Below, piece after piece: positions 45,661 to 54,623 of a stretch of DNA of 64,000 nt. The translations under genes and the position numbers were made by a program. The notes below the pieces were generated by a model. That model did not search any database. It had not been told where the DNA came from and worked only from the letters and a program-made list of their open reading frames with translations. This stretch comes from Candidatus Micrarchaeota archaeon (lineage in GTDB: Archaea; Micrarchaeota; Micrarchaeia; Micrarchaeales; Micrarchaeaceae): positions 9,348 to 73,347 of the forward strand of contig DAHVQB010000001.1 of assembly GCA_027317945.1 (NCBI GenBank). The letters are read 5' to 3'. Position 1 is the stretch's first letter. The number at the start of each line of letters is the position of its first letter.

Positions 45661-46197
45661 TTATTTTGCCTTGCGGGACTTTGCAGGGGCTGTACGCAAT
45701 TTGCACTTCTTGGTGGAAAACCTCAGCAAATAGTATGATATCACCATTACATTCATGAGCACCATTGCTGCGAATATCTGCGTTGAGTAGTTTACAAAGA
45801 AGGCGTATATTGGTACGGCTTCGGCAGTAGCTCCAAAAACCGAAAATATGGAAAAAATTAGCGGGGCGGTGCAACCGCATCCCTCTACCAAACTTCCGAC
45901 AAAAGTAGTTAGTACGCTCACGCCAGATGCAGTGACTTTCGCGTAGTTACGCCTGGTATTGTTGATCGAATATATTGATAACGTTAGCGCTATTGAAGCA
46001 GTGAGCAATAGCAAGTAGATGGCGTATTGGGGAATTGATAATATTAGAGCAGGGCCTTCCTGCAAATCAATAAGTGTGATGAATACCAAGTAATAGATCA
46101 GGAATACGATTATGTTAATGGCAGTGTATTTTATGCTGTACACCTGCCTGAAGGCAGAATACAATGTATGCACCATATGCATCGAGACCCATAGCAT
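45661..46197 (-). CDS. Hypothetical membrane protein with CGC motif
   Basis: 178 aa with about 5 hydrophobic helices. It has an intramembrane GSLVEGCGCTAPLIF motif and a basic C-terminal tail. No family was recognised. Confidence 0.45.
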   Translation of the reverse strand: MLWVSMHMVHTLYSAFRQVYSIKYTAINIIVFLIYYLVFITLIDLQEGPALILSIPQYAIYLLLLTASIALTLSIYSINNTRRNYAKVTASGVSVLTTFVGSLVEGCGCTAPLIFSIFSVFGATAEAVPIYAFFVNYSTQIFAAMVLMNVMVISYYLLRFSTKKCKLRTAPAKSRKAK

Positions 46198-46282
46198 GCT
46201 AGTATTTTATATTACAATTGATTGATTGTTTTAATCTCAACTAAATATTTATAGATACGATTCAGTAAGTACGGGTGCTTCA

Positions 46283-47080
46283 ATGCAGACAACAATGGTA
46301 AAGGAGCTTGGGATGCTGCAAAAAACCAAAGTCGAGCTAGCTGATGCGCACTCCCACCTCGATTTGATTGAGGGTATGCATCAGATAAACGAAGCGATCG
46401 AATACGGCGTTTCCACCATAATAACTGATGGAGTGGACACCAAATCCAATTTAAAGTCGCTAGAATTGAGCGATTATAAGAATATCTTCCCTGCATTGGG
46501 CATTGACCCGCACAATATAATCACCATTGGAGATGATGAGCTCGAGTTCAATTTCAAACTTATCAAGGACAACGCGGAGCGCATAGTAGCTATAGGCGAG
46601 ATAGGCTTGGATTATATGGTAGCCACAGATGCAAAGAAGAGATCCAGGCAGAAAACCGCGTTTGGCCGCTTCCTTGATTTGGCAGAGCAGTTGGATCTTC
46701 CCGTAAGCGTGCATGCCAGGAAGGCGATAAGTGATGTGCTTGAGATCCTTGGGAAGAGGGACGGGCTGCGCGTACAGATGCACTATTTTGATGGGGATGT
46801 AGAGGAGGCTAAAACCGCGGTAGAGCGTGGTTACATGATATCAATCCCCCCTGTAGAATCAGGGAGGAGGAAACGCGTGATAAAGGAGATTGGCATAGAC
46901 ATGATGCTTACCGAATCAGATGCTCCGGTCGTGGGTGCTAGCCCTAGCGATGTAGAGCGATCCGTAAGGATGATAGGCGGGATAAAGGGCATAGATTATG
47001 AGAGGGCCGCCCAGGCACTTACTGCCAATGCAAAGAAGTTCTTTAATATTAACAAGGAAAAAGGGTTTATGCGTTATTAG
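46283..47080 (+). CDS. tatD: TatD-family metal-dependent hydrolase
   Basis: Motifs are ADAHSHLD, GEIGLDY, VSVHARKA, MHYFDG and LTESDAP. An alternative ATG lies at 46313. Confidence 0.8.
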   Translation: MQTTMVKELGMLQKTKVELADAHSHLDLIEGMHQINEAIEYGVSTIITDGVDTKSNLKSLELSDYKNIFPALGIDPHNIITIGDDELEFNFKLIKDNAERIVAIGEIGLDYMVATDAKKRSRQKTAFGRFLDLAEQLDLPVSVHARKAISDVLEILGKRDGLRVQMHYFDGDVEEAKTAVERGYMISIPPVESGRRKRVIKEIGIDMMLTESDAPVVGASPSDVERSVRMIGGIKGIDYERAAQALTANAKKFFNINKEKGFMRY

Positions 47081-47181
47081 GGCCCGTAGCTCAGGTTGGA
47101 TAGAGCGGCAGACTTCTAATCTGATGGTCGCGGGTTCAAAATGGGTTTCTTCATAGAAGCATGAAAATCCCGCCGGGCCCG
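47080..47181 (+). tRNA. tRNA-Arg(TCT) with a roughly 27-nt intron in the T-loop
   Basis: Acceptor GGGCCCG/CGGGCCC; D arm GCTC...GAGC; anticodon loop CTTCTAA. The T stem GCGGG/CCCGC encloses 34 nt (TTCAAAATGGGTTTCTTCATAGAAGCATGAAAAT) instead of 7. The first base is the last base of the tatD stop codon. Confidence 0.8.
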
Positions 47182-47205
47182 ATTATCGCGCAGTAATTTA
47201 CACTA

Positions 47206-47730
47206 TTATGATACAGGCTGCTGCATGTCAGGAGCCGGCTGCGACGCAGTAGCTGTGGTGTCCAGATTTTTAGGTATCTGTTTTCCACCTCTTTTTTGCT
47301 GCTTGTCAGTCCTCGCGTTGGGGAATTCTATGGCCAAATCCTCCTCTGAAGCGCTTTCCATCCATGCTTTTATGTAAATTGCTATGTTCTTGAAAGGCTT
47401 TGAGAATCTATCAGTGAGCGAATACGCATTATCTTCGTGTTTAAGCAATCCCACCTGCACCGCGAAATCCAAGTATCTTTTGGCAGTTGCGATTGGTATC
47501 GATCCTGGAACATCCTTTAACCTCATTTGCCCGTCTTTTTTCACCTGAAGCAAAAGGGCGGCGAGTCTGTACGCTTCGGTTTCATTGTCAAAGAATACCT
47601 TGGCGACTTCCCTTGCCGTTACGTTTTTGAGCTTCTCCTTTAGTGGTGCGTCTTCGAATTCCCAATATTTAATCGCCATGAGTCCAATATCCCCGACAAA
47701 GCATTTATTACTTTCTCCGGTTTCAGGCAT
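47206..47730 (-). CDS. Hypothetical protein, possible winged-helix domain
   Basis: 174 aa. The segment GSIPIATAKRYLDFAVQVGLLKHEDNAYSLTDRF looks wHTH-like, and the C-terminal tail is disordered and Q/P/T-rich. The call is weak. Confidence 0.4.
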   Translation of the reverse strand: MPETGESNKCFVGDIGLMAIKYWEFEDAPLKEKLKNVTAREVAKVFFDNETEAYRLAALLLQVKKDGQMRLKDVPGSIPIATAKRYLDFAVQVGLLKHEDNAYSLTDRFSKPFKNIAIYIKAWMESASEEDLAIEFPNARTDKQQKRGGKQIPKNLDTTATASQPAPDMQQPVS

Positions 47731-47743
47731 TAGAGAGCAGGAA

Positions 47744-48847
47744 TCATTTTATGAACGTTATTGTGTCCCCTCCCTGCAAGATGTGATCCGCACCGACTTT
47801 CTGATTAGAGAACTTGACGCTTGGGCCGGTAACGTATGCCACTTTTATAGACTCCGCAATTTCCGTATGTATCTTGCTCGCAGCGTCCCTCACAGTGGAA
47901 TTGCTATGCAGTATCATTGGGGTTATTGGTTCATGGGGCGCTTTTGGCTTTAAATACACTGTCATTATGCTGAGGTTTCTGTATATTGCGGCACGCACCT
48001 CTTCCAGATTTGTCATGTTTGTGGCGCTTATCGATATTATTTTTGTACCGTACTTGGAATTGATATATCTTGCCACATCTGCGTACTTCGGGTTCAGATC
48101 TATCTTGTTTAGCAACACTATAGCGTTCATATAAAATGAACGGCCGGCAACAAGCGATATTAACTCATCCTCGCCTAGGTCGCTCTCTATTTTAACGTGC
48201 GCCTGGTATATCCCAAATCCATTGCATATTGTTTCTATATCCCTGCTGCTAATCTTAGACTTGTTTATCTCGACGACAACTTTGGGATATGACGCGGATT
48301 GCCTTATGTAGACGCTTGGTTTTTTCTTGTTGACAAAAACATTCAGGGCGCGAAGCTCGTTGAGTAGTATGCCCAATTGATCAGGGTATCTGACGTCTAT
48401 TACGAAGACGATTAAATCTGTTGACTTCATTGCAGAAATGACTGTACGACCGCCGCCAAGACCTTTATGGGCGTTCTCTATAATCCCGGGAAGGTCAAAT
48501 ATCTGTATGTGCGCGTCATTGTAGAGCATCATGCCCGGTATCACAGTGAGCGTGGTGAACGCATAGTTTGACGTCTTCGATTTTGCGTTTGATATGGCAT
48601 TCAGGAGTGAAGATTTGCCGACATTTGGAAAACCCATGAGTGCAACAGTAGCATCGCCGCTTTTTCTTACAAAGAATCCGGATCCTGCCGCCCGTTTTCC
48701 GGACTCTATTATTTCATGCTTTACCTTGGCTATCTTAGCCCGCAAAGCACCTACGTGTTTGTTCGTTGCCTTGTTTATCTTTGTCTTCGAATATTCCCCC
48801 TCGAGCTCCTGCAGCTTGTTTGATAGAGCTTCACTTTTTGTTTCCAT
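47744..48847 (-). CDS. DRG-type OBG-family GTPase with TGS domain
   Basis: G1 is GFPNVGKSSLLN, G2 FTTL and G3 DLPG. The C-terminal TGS-like segment ends in GDTITFIK. Confidence 0.85.
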   Translation of the reverse strand: METKSEALSNKLQELEGEYSKTKINKATNKHVGALRAKIAKVKHEIIESGKRAAGSGFFVRKSGDATVALMGFPNVGKSSLLNAISNAKSKTSNYAFTTLTVIPGMMLYNDAHIQIFDLPGIIENAHKGLGGGRTVISAMKSTDLIVFVIDVRYPDQLGILLNELRALNVFVNKKKPSVYIRQSASYPKVVVEINKSKISSRDIETICNGFGIYQAHVKIESDLGEDELISLVAGRSFYMNAIVLLNKIDLNPKYADVARYINSKYGTKIISISATNMTNLEEVRAAIYRNLSIMTVYLKPKAPHEPITPMILHSNSTVRDAASKIHTEIAESIKVAYVTGPSVKFSNQKVGADHILQGGDTITFIK

Positions 48848-49078
48848 AAAAATCGAGATTATTTGTATTCGACCGCAAAATCCACCATGTCATGATGTAA
48901 ACCAGCGTGTAGGACATTACCAACCATATTTAAATATATGGTATGACAAATTAAAAATGTTTAGAGACGTATTGCGGTGATAAAATGCCAAAAAAAACAG
49001 TGAAGAAAAAGACAAAGAAGGCGAAACCTCGAAAGCGCTAGGTCTTTTTTATTTTAAATATTTTATTTTTTATACTTG

Positions 49079-50374
49079 TTACATCATATTGGAGAATCTC
49101 TTCTTAAAGTTGCGGTCGTTTTTAAGCGTGCCGAACATTTTCTTCATCTTGCTGAAATCAGATATCAATTCATGGACATCCTTTTCAGTTGTTCCACTTC
49201 CCATGGCTATGCGCTTTATCCTGCCGGAATCTCTAAGCTCTTTCTCGTTCACCCGTTCTTCTTTTGTCATGGACGCGATTATGACCTTGTATTTCTTCAG
49301 CTTCTCTTCGCCTTTCTCGGCTATTTCCTTGGGCACATCAGGCGCACCCATCATGCCGAACAGATTTTTAAGCGGCCCCATCTTGTTCATCGCCTTCAAT
49401 TGCGTATAGAATGTTTCGAAATTCAGTTCTTCGGTCTGCATATCTTCGGGACTCAGGCCTGCTTCCTTAACTGCGCTCTGCACATGATCGATAAGGGATT
49501 CTATATCGGGTATGCCAAGCAAGCCCCCGATGAACTTGTTCGCATCGTAGGGCTGTAGGTTGCTTAGCTTCTCGCCTACACCTATGAACATTATTTTTGT
49601 ATTGGCGGCATTTGCTGCGCTGAGCGCGCCGCCGCCTTTGCCAGAGCCATCCATTTTCGTTACGATGACTCCGGATATCCTGACTGCGCTGTCGAATTCG
49701 CGCGCCTGCTTACCGGCTACCTGCCCAGTATCCGCGCTAATTACTAATACCTTCTCGTCTGGTTTGAAAGCATCTGCTACTCTCTTCAGTTCACCTATCA
49801 AGTTCTCATCGAGCGCATTCCTTCCGCTAGTATCACATATTATTATCTGCTTGTCATGGAACAACGCATATCCTTCCTTTGCAATCTTTGCTGCGTTGGT
49901 CTCCCCTTTTATGCCGAAGAAGCCCACGTTAGCTTGCTTGGCCAATGTCTCTAGCTGTTCATATGCCGCAGGCCTAGTTACATCGCAGCATATCACAGCT
50001 GCGCTAAGGCCCCTGTCCTGATAGAATTTCGCCAGCTTTGCAGTAGATGTCGTTTTTCCGGATCCGTAAAGACCCATCATTAGTATTCTCTGCTTCTTAA
50101 GCTGCGGCTGGTACGTGGGGCCCATTAGGCTTACGAGCTCGTCATAGACTATGTTAGTTATGTAATCAGTAGGCGCCACGCCAGAAGGGGGTTTAACCTT
50201 AAGCGCCTTTTCCTCTATATCCTTGGTAAATTTCAGTACAAGCTCTACCTCTACATCTGCACCCAGAAGTGTCTTCTGAAGCTCCTTGTTGAATTCTTTT
50301 ATTGTTTTGGCGTCTATTATCGCGGAGCGCGTGAGCTTTGCGATTGCCTGCCTCAATCCTTCTCCCAAATCCAT
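49079..50374 (-). CDS. srp54: Signal recognition particle protein SRP54
   Basis: An N domain, a G domain (GLYGSGKTTSTAKLA, DTSGR, TKMDG) and a Met-rich M domain (MGPLKNLFGMMG...). Confidence 0.95.
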   Translation of the reverse strand: MDLGEGLRQAIAKLTRSAIIDAKTIKEFNKELQKTLLGADVEVELVLKFTKDIEEKALKVKPPSGVAPTDYITNIVYDELVSLMGPTYQPQLKKQRILMMGLYGSGKTTSTAKLAKFYQDRGLSAAVICCDVTRPAAYEQLETLAKQANVGFFGIKGETNAAKIAKEGYALFHDKQIIICDTSGRNALDENLIGELKRVADAFKPDEKVLVISADTGQVAGKQAREFDSAVRISGVIVTKMDGSGKGGGALSAANAANTKIMFIGVGEKLSNLQPYDANKFIGGLLGIPDIESLIDHVQSAVKEAGLSPEDMQTEELNFETFYTQLKAMNKMGPLKNLFGMMGAPDVPKEIAEKGEEKLKKYKVIIASMTKEERVNEKELRDSGRIKRIAMGSGTTEKDVHELISDFSKMKKMFGTLKNDRNFKKRFSNMM

Positions 50375-50468
50375 GCAAACCAGTCAGTAGTTTATATTGA
50401 CGAGCAAGCTTTATATTTGATGTTTCACCAAATTAGCTTGTACGTGTTTTTGCAGCTGGTAGAATTTT

Positions 50469-51602
50469 ATGAATATTGTGATGGCGCAGTCAAATCTTAC
50501 GCTCAAGGGCGGTGCCGAACGTGTGGTACTCAAGATAGCGCAGCATTACAAGGCCAAAATTTATACTGCTGAATATAACAAGAAAACCACTTTCAGCGAA
50601 TTCTCGGACATTGACATTGAAGTAATAGGCAATGGCAGATTACAGAGGATCATGCCGTACGGCAGGGTTTCGCAAGGATTGAGCTATGGCCTCGGGTTCT
50701 ATAATTTCGTGATGAAAGGTGATTACGACGTTATAAACGCACATATAGCACCTAGCCATTGGATACGAAACAAGAACGAGCGCGTGCTGTGGTATTGTCA
50801 CACTCCGCTCAGGGACGTGTACGACCTTTACAATTACAGACTTAGCATAAAAAAGCGTTATCAGAGGCCTGTATACAGGATAGGAGCTGCAGCAGTCAGG
50901 CGCATGGATCGGAAGATAGTCAAGAATATAGAGATGATAGTAGCCAACAGCAGCAACACGCAATCTAGGATAGCTAAATACCTAGGCAGAGACGATGCGA
51001 GGGTATTGGGCGGGGGAGTGGAGTACGAGAAGTACAAGGACAAAGGCGACGGAAAGTATTTCCTTTATCCGTCCAGGATGTCACCGAACAAGAGGCAAGA
51101 CTATGCCATCAGGGCTTTTGAACTTTTTAAAAGGAGGGTAAAGGGCTACAAGCTTGTTCTTGTAGGGCCGGTATCCAAGGATGGTTTCTACCTGGATTTC
51201 TATATGAAGGTGCTTGAACTGTCAAAGAGGGTGGGCGATGTAGAGATAGTCGAGGCGGTAAACGAGGAAAGGTTAAGGGATTACTACTCCAAAGCCACTG
51301 CTGTGCTCTACGCCCCAATAGATGAAGATTACGGCCTTGTGCCATTGGAATCTATGGCAAGTGGCAAGCCAATAATATCGGTAAATGAGGGTGGCCCGAG
51401 GATGACCGTACGGAACGGCGATACCGGCTTCCTTGTAAACAATGAGGCGGAGATGGCATCAAAGATGGTGGAGGTAGCAGAAAATCCCGCCACGGCAGAG
51501 CAAATCGGAAAGAATGGGGTAGCATGCGTAAAGAAAGAGTACTCATGGGGCAGATTCTTCAATGAATTTGATAGGTACCTAAAGGAAGTATCTAAGAAGT
51601 GA
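50469..51602 (+). CDS. Glycosyltransferase, GT4 family
   Basis: EDYGLVPLESMASGKPIISVNEGGPRMTVRNGDTGFLV is the GT4 C-terminal signature. Confidence 0.8.
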   Translation: MNIVMAQSNLTLKGGAERVVLKIAQHYKAKIYTAEYNKKTTFSEFSDIDIEVIGNGRLQRIMPYGRVSQGLSYGLGFYNFVMKGDYDVINAHIAPSHWIRNKNERVLWYCHTPLRDVYDLYNYRLSIKKRYQRPVYRIGAAAVRRMDRKIVKNIEMIVANSSNTQSRIAKYLGRDDARVLGGGVEYEKYKDKGDGKYFLYPSRMSPNKRQDYAIRAFELFKRRVKGYKLVLVGPVSKDGFYLDFYMKVLELSKRVGDVEIVEAVNEERLRDYYSKATAVLYAPIDEDYGLVPLESMASGKPIISVNEGGPRMTVRNGDTGFLVNNEAEMASKMVEVAENPATAEQIGKNGVACVKKEYSWGRFFNEFDRYLKEVSKK

Positions 51603-51607
51603 CATCC

Positions 51608-51988
51608 TTATTCAGGCGCCTTCTTTGAATCAGGCTTCTTTGCATCGCCGGGCTTAGTGGCAGGCATTACTTCTATCACGTACTTGGATATTATCTTTGA
51701 TGCGTAGTCCAGCACTTTCTTTATATTAGACTCAGTGTTGGCACCGGTGCATATCATTTTGCCATTCTTGAAAAGTATTATTACGGCCTTTGGCTCGGCT
51801 ATCTTGAAAATTGCACCTGGAAACTGTTCCGGCTCATAATCAACGGCCTTGACGTCTCTTGACAGAGAATAAAGATCTATTATGGCATGCAGGTCTGCAC
51901 TGACAACGATATTCTGTATCTTTATTGTTGGTTTTATTATGTCATTGCTTTGACGTGCCTGCGTGCTCTTTGATGGCGTTTCAATCAC
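51608..51988 (-). CDS. Single-repeat TATA-box-binding-protein (TBP-fold) protein, half the normal size
   Basis: 126 aa with one complete TBP repeat: IKIQNIVVSADLHAIIDLYSL..VDYEPEQFPGAIFKIAEPKAVIILFKNGKMICTGANTESNIKKVLDYASKI. GTG start, with an in-frame TAA 12 nt upstream. A TATA-like TTATTTAAAC lies 24-32 nt upstream. Confidence 0.7.
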   Translation of the reverse strand: MIETPSKSTQARQSNDIIKPTIKIQNIVVSADLHAIIDLYSLSRDVKAVDYEPEQFPGAIFKIAEPKAVIILFKNGKMICTGANTESNIKKVLDYASKIISKYVIEVMPATKPGDAKKPDSKKAPE

Positions 51989-52094
51989 CTTTATGAATTA
52001 GGATGAAAAGGTTTAAATAAGTGGGATAGGAAGATAGGCGATTTGCGGACATTTGCGATGTCTGGTGATTTCCCGCTGTCTTGTTGCGGATCCC

Positions 52095-52260
52095 ATGTGG
52101 TGTGACATCCTCCAACGACTAAAGGTAGTTGGCTTCCCCTGCGTTTGCAGGGTATGTTATCAGTTCTCCGAGGGCTGCCTCCCGTTGGGGTCTTACATCC
52201 TCTCCCTGAGCGTGACTTCGAGAGTGTCCCTCCCTAGCTCTGTTGAGTATATTTATGGAT
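52095..52260 (-). ncRNA. Candidate TnpB omega-RNA (reRNA) scaffold of copy 2
   Basis: Sequence blocks are conserved with 18600-18789. The hairpin is CCAAC...GTTGG (plus-strand 52112-52132). Boundaries are approximate. Confidence 0.45.
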
Positions 52261-53425
52261 GCGTTTACGTCCCTGTCCAACCGTAGGCCGCATAGCCCGC
52301 AGTTGTACTCCCTCACGGATAATGGCATTTCCAGCATATTGCCACAATTACTGCATTCCTTTGTCGTGTTCCTTGCGTCCACCTTAATTACCTTCATGCC
52401 GGCACTTTCGGCCTTGTATGAAAGGAAGTTTATGAACCTGTTCCATGAAGCGTTATGGATTGATTGCGCAAGACGATGGTTCTTTTCCATGTTTTGGATG
52501 TGAAGGTTTTCCACTGCGAATGAGGTGTATCCTGCCTTGGCGAGTTCGGTTGAAAGTTTGTGCATGAAGTCGTTTGACTGGTTTTTTACCCTCTTCCATT
52601 CCTATTGAAGGTGGAATTTTGCCTTTTCCCTTCTTTTCGAGCCTTTGTCTCTCCTTGCAATTATGCGTTGCCAATGTGCAATCCTCTTTTCCTTCTTCCT
52701 GAAGAATTTTGGCTTCTGGATTGTCTTTCCGTCCGAAAGGGCTATGAAATTGTTGGGTCCCATGTCGATGCCGACTGGGTTTGTGTCCTCGGTCTTCTTT
52801 GGATTGGTCACCTGCTCCGCGGTGAAGATTGCATAATAGTCTCTTCCCTCCCTTTTTATCGTCAGTGTCTTCACGTTTCCGATAATGTTCCTGTGCTGTT
52901 CTATCTTCATCGTGCCTATTTTTGATATTCTTAGCCTGCCTTTATCTATCCTAAATGAACCGTTATTTTCTATGTGGGTTATTGAGTTGAACCTGTCCTT
53001 TGACTTGAAGCGTGGGAATCCTGCATTTATCCTTGCTCCTGATTTCTTCTGATGACATCTTCGAAGAAGTTTTGGTAAGTTTGAAGGAGTTTGTTGCGTA
53101 TGTCGACTCTGATATGGGCGTAGAGTTGCAAGTATGTCTTGTCCTCTTTTATTATCTCATTAAGGAGTTGGTTTATTATTCTCTGTGATATTTTTGAGTC
53201 GGGATTGCTCCTATGTGCATTTATCGTCTTCTCCAGCAGTTTGTTGTACAGTCTCTGTGAAATGTAAATGGCATCGTCTATCTCCTTCTGCCTCTTTGCG
53301 TCAGGATATATCCTGAACTTGTAGGCACGGATTGTTCCAATGTTCCCTGTTTTATTTTGTATTTTTATATACCTTCTTACGCCCTTAACCCACCATTGAA
53401 ATGATGGGTTTGCGGGGCGAGTCAT
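52119..53425 (-). pseudogene. tnpB: tnpB (RNA-guided nuclease family) disrupted by one frameshift and one in-frame TAG
   Basis: ORFs 53027-53425 (RAYKFRIYP...), 52602-52910 (GIDMGPNNF, RuvC-I) and 52119-52565 (ENLHIQNM..., CSNCGN...CGLCG, DRDVNASINIL). The first two are in different frames, with the shift near 53030-53050. The last two are in the same frame, separated by TAG 52602-52604. Confidence 0.8.
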
Positions 53426-53497
53426 TTATCATGAGATTGGCTGACAAAGTAATAAAAGCTTAGGAACTCATACTCTTTGGATTTGGCCGGTGCGGTG

Positions 53498-54607
53498 ATG
53501 AAAAAGGTGGTTATCGTAGGAGCCGGAGTAGTCGGCTTAGTGCTTGCAAAGGAACTGTGCAGGCTGGGACATTATGTCACCGTATACGACGCCAAAAATG
53601 ATATTAAGGAAGGATCCGCCAAGGCCTCGGGCATACTCTCGAAAGAAGGGCTTGCGACAATAGGCGTGAATTATAAGAGCGCAGTAGTGAACACCCTTGA
53701 TGGAGCTGTGCTGCATGCAGGGAAGGAACTCCTCAAGATAAAGGCCGCGGACACCAAGGCTTACATACTGGACAGAGGGAAGCTAGTCGAGGAGTGCCTG
53801 TCAGAAGCGAGGAGCGCAGGTGCGGATGTGGTGCTTGGAAAGAGCGTACAAAGAGAAGATATAAGACTGATGAAAAACGACAGCGATACGGTGCTTGTTG
53901 GCGCCGACGGCTCTGTCTCGAATGTGGCAAGCACATGCGGATTCCCACAGATAAAGGAGTACATACTCACATACAAAGCTGAATACAATGGCGCACGGCT
54001 GGACGATCCTCATTCGGTGGACCTGTTTTTCTCGAACAAAGTGTCCAACCGCTTTTTCGGATGGACGGCGCCTTACTCTAAAAGCCTTGTAGAGGCAGGT
54101 ATAGGGATAAGCAGCTTCGCAAGGAGCAGCAGCTCCAGCGCATTTAAGCAGTTCCTTAAGAATGAGACCCTACATCGCATGCTTGATGGGGCCAATCCCG
54201 TTTCTGGGCATGCCAGCATGATACCTGTATCTACACGAAAGCGCACAGTGAAGGACAATGTTCTGCTCGTAGGTGATGCGGCGGGCCAGGTGAAGGCGAC
54301 AACTGGAGGCGGGATAATATTCGGCGCGTCGTGCGCCAGGATAGCTGCCGGGGCCATTGATGACCATATAAGGAATGGAAAGCCTTTGGAGCGCTATGAG
54401 AAAGCATGGAGGAAGGCGTATGGGCTGGACTTAACGATGCACAAGATGATCCATGGATACTACGCCTCGTTAGGCAGCAGGAGCCTGGACATGCTTTTCA
54501 TGTTTTCCAAGCTGTTTGGAGCGGAAAGCTTCTTCAGCAAGTATGGCGATATGGACAGGCCGACCATCATGATAAAGAGGTTCTTCCTGCGCGGCATCTC
54601 CGGATAA
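53498..54607 (+). CDS. Geranylgeranyl reductase family FAD-dependent oxidoreductase
   Basis: The Rossmann motif is KKVVIVGAGVVGLVLAKEL, and LLVGDAAGQVKATTGGGI is typical of digeranylgeranylglycerophospholipid reductases. ATG at 53498. Confidence 0.8.
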   Translation: MKKVVIVGAGVVGLVLAKELCRLGHYVTVYDAKNDIKEGSAKASGILSKEGLATIGVNYKSAVVNTLDGAVLHAGKELLKIKAADTKAYILDRGKLVEECLSEARSAGADVVLGKSVQREDIRLMKNDSDTVLVGADGSVSNVASTCGFPQIKEYILTYKAEYNGARLDDPHSVDLFFSNKVSNRFFGWTAPYSKSLVEAGIGISSFARSSSSSAFKQFLKNETLHRMLDGANPVSGHASMIPVSTRKRTVKDNVLLVGDAAGQVKATTGGGIIFGASCARIAAGAIDDHIRNGKPLERYEKAWRKAYGLDLTMHKMIHGYYASLGSRSLDMLFMFSKLFGAESFFSKYGDMDRPTIMIKRFFLRGISG

Positions 54608-54623
54608 TCGGATTATTGCTTAC

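Larger units (their letters stand above)
52095..53425 (-). mobile_element. tnpB-only IS200/IS605 (IS1341-type) element, decayed
   Basis: It holds a near full-length tnpB in three pieces plus a conserved 3' omega-RNA-like region ending GTCACACCACAT (plus-strand 52095-52106). There is no tnpA. The left-end boundary is uncertain. Confidence 0.7.

Noticed and set aside
48985-49041. 18-codon basic ORF MPKKTVKKKTKKAKPRKR in the DRG/SRP54 spacer
   Set aside because: It is too short and low-complexity to call, and it matches no ribosomal protein I recognise. It may be worth a look in ribosome profiling data only.
52602-52604. In-frame TAG in tnpB as a recoded (pyrrolysine or read-through) codon
   Set aside because: The same gene also carries a frameshift, and nothing in the window indicates Pyl machinery. 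Pseudogenisation is the simplest explanation.
51989-53476. The idea that the IS element split a full-length TBP gene in two
   Set aside because: The far side of the element (53426-53497) runs directly into the divergent geranylgeranyl reductase gene, and no frame there encodes a TBP repeat. A simple insertional split is therefore not supported, although older rearrangements cannot be excluded.
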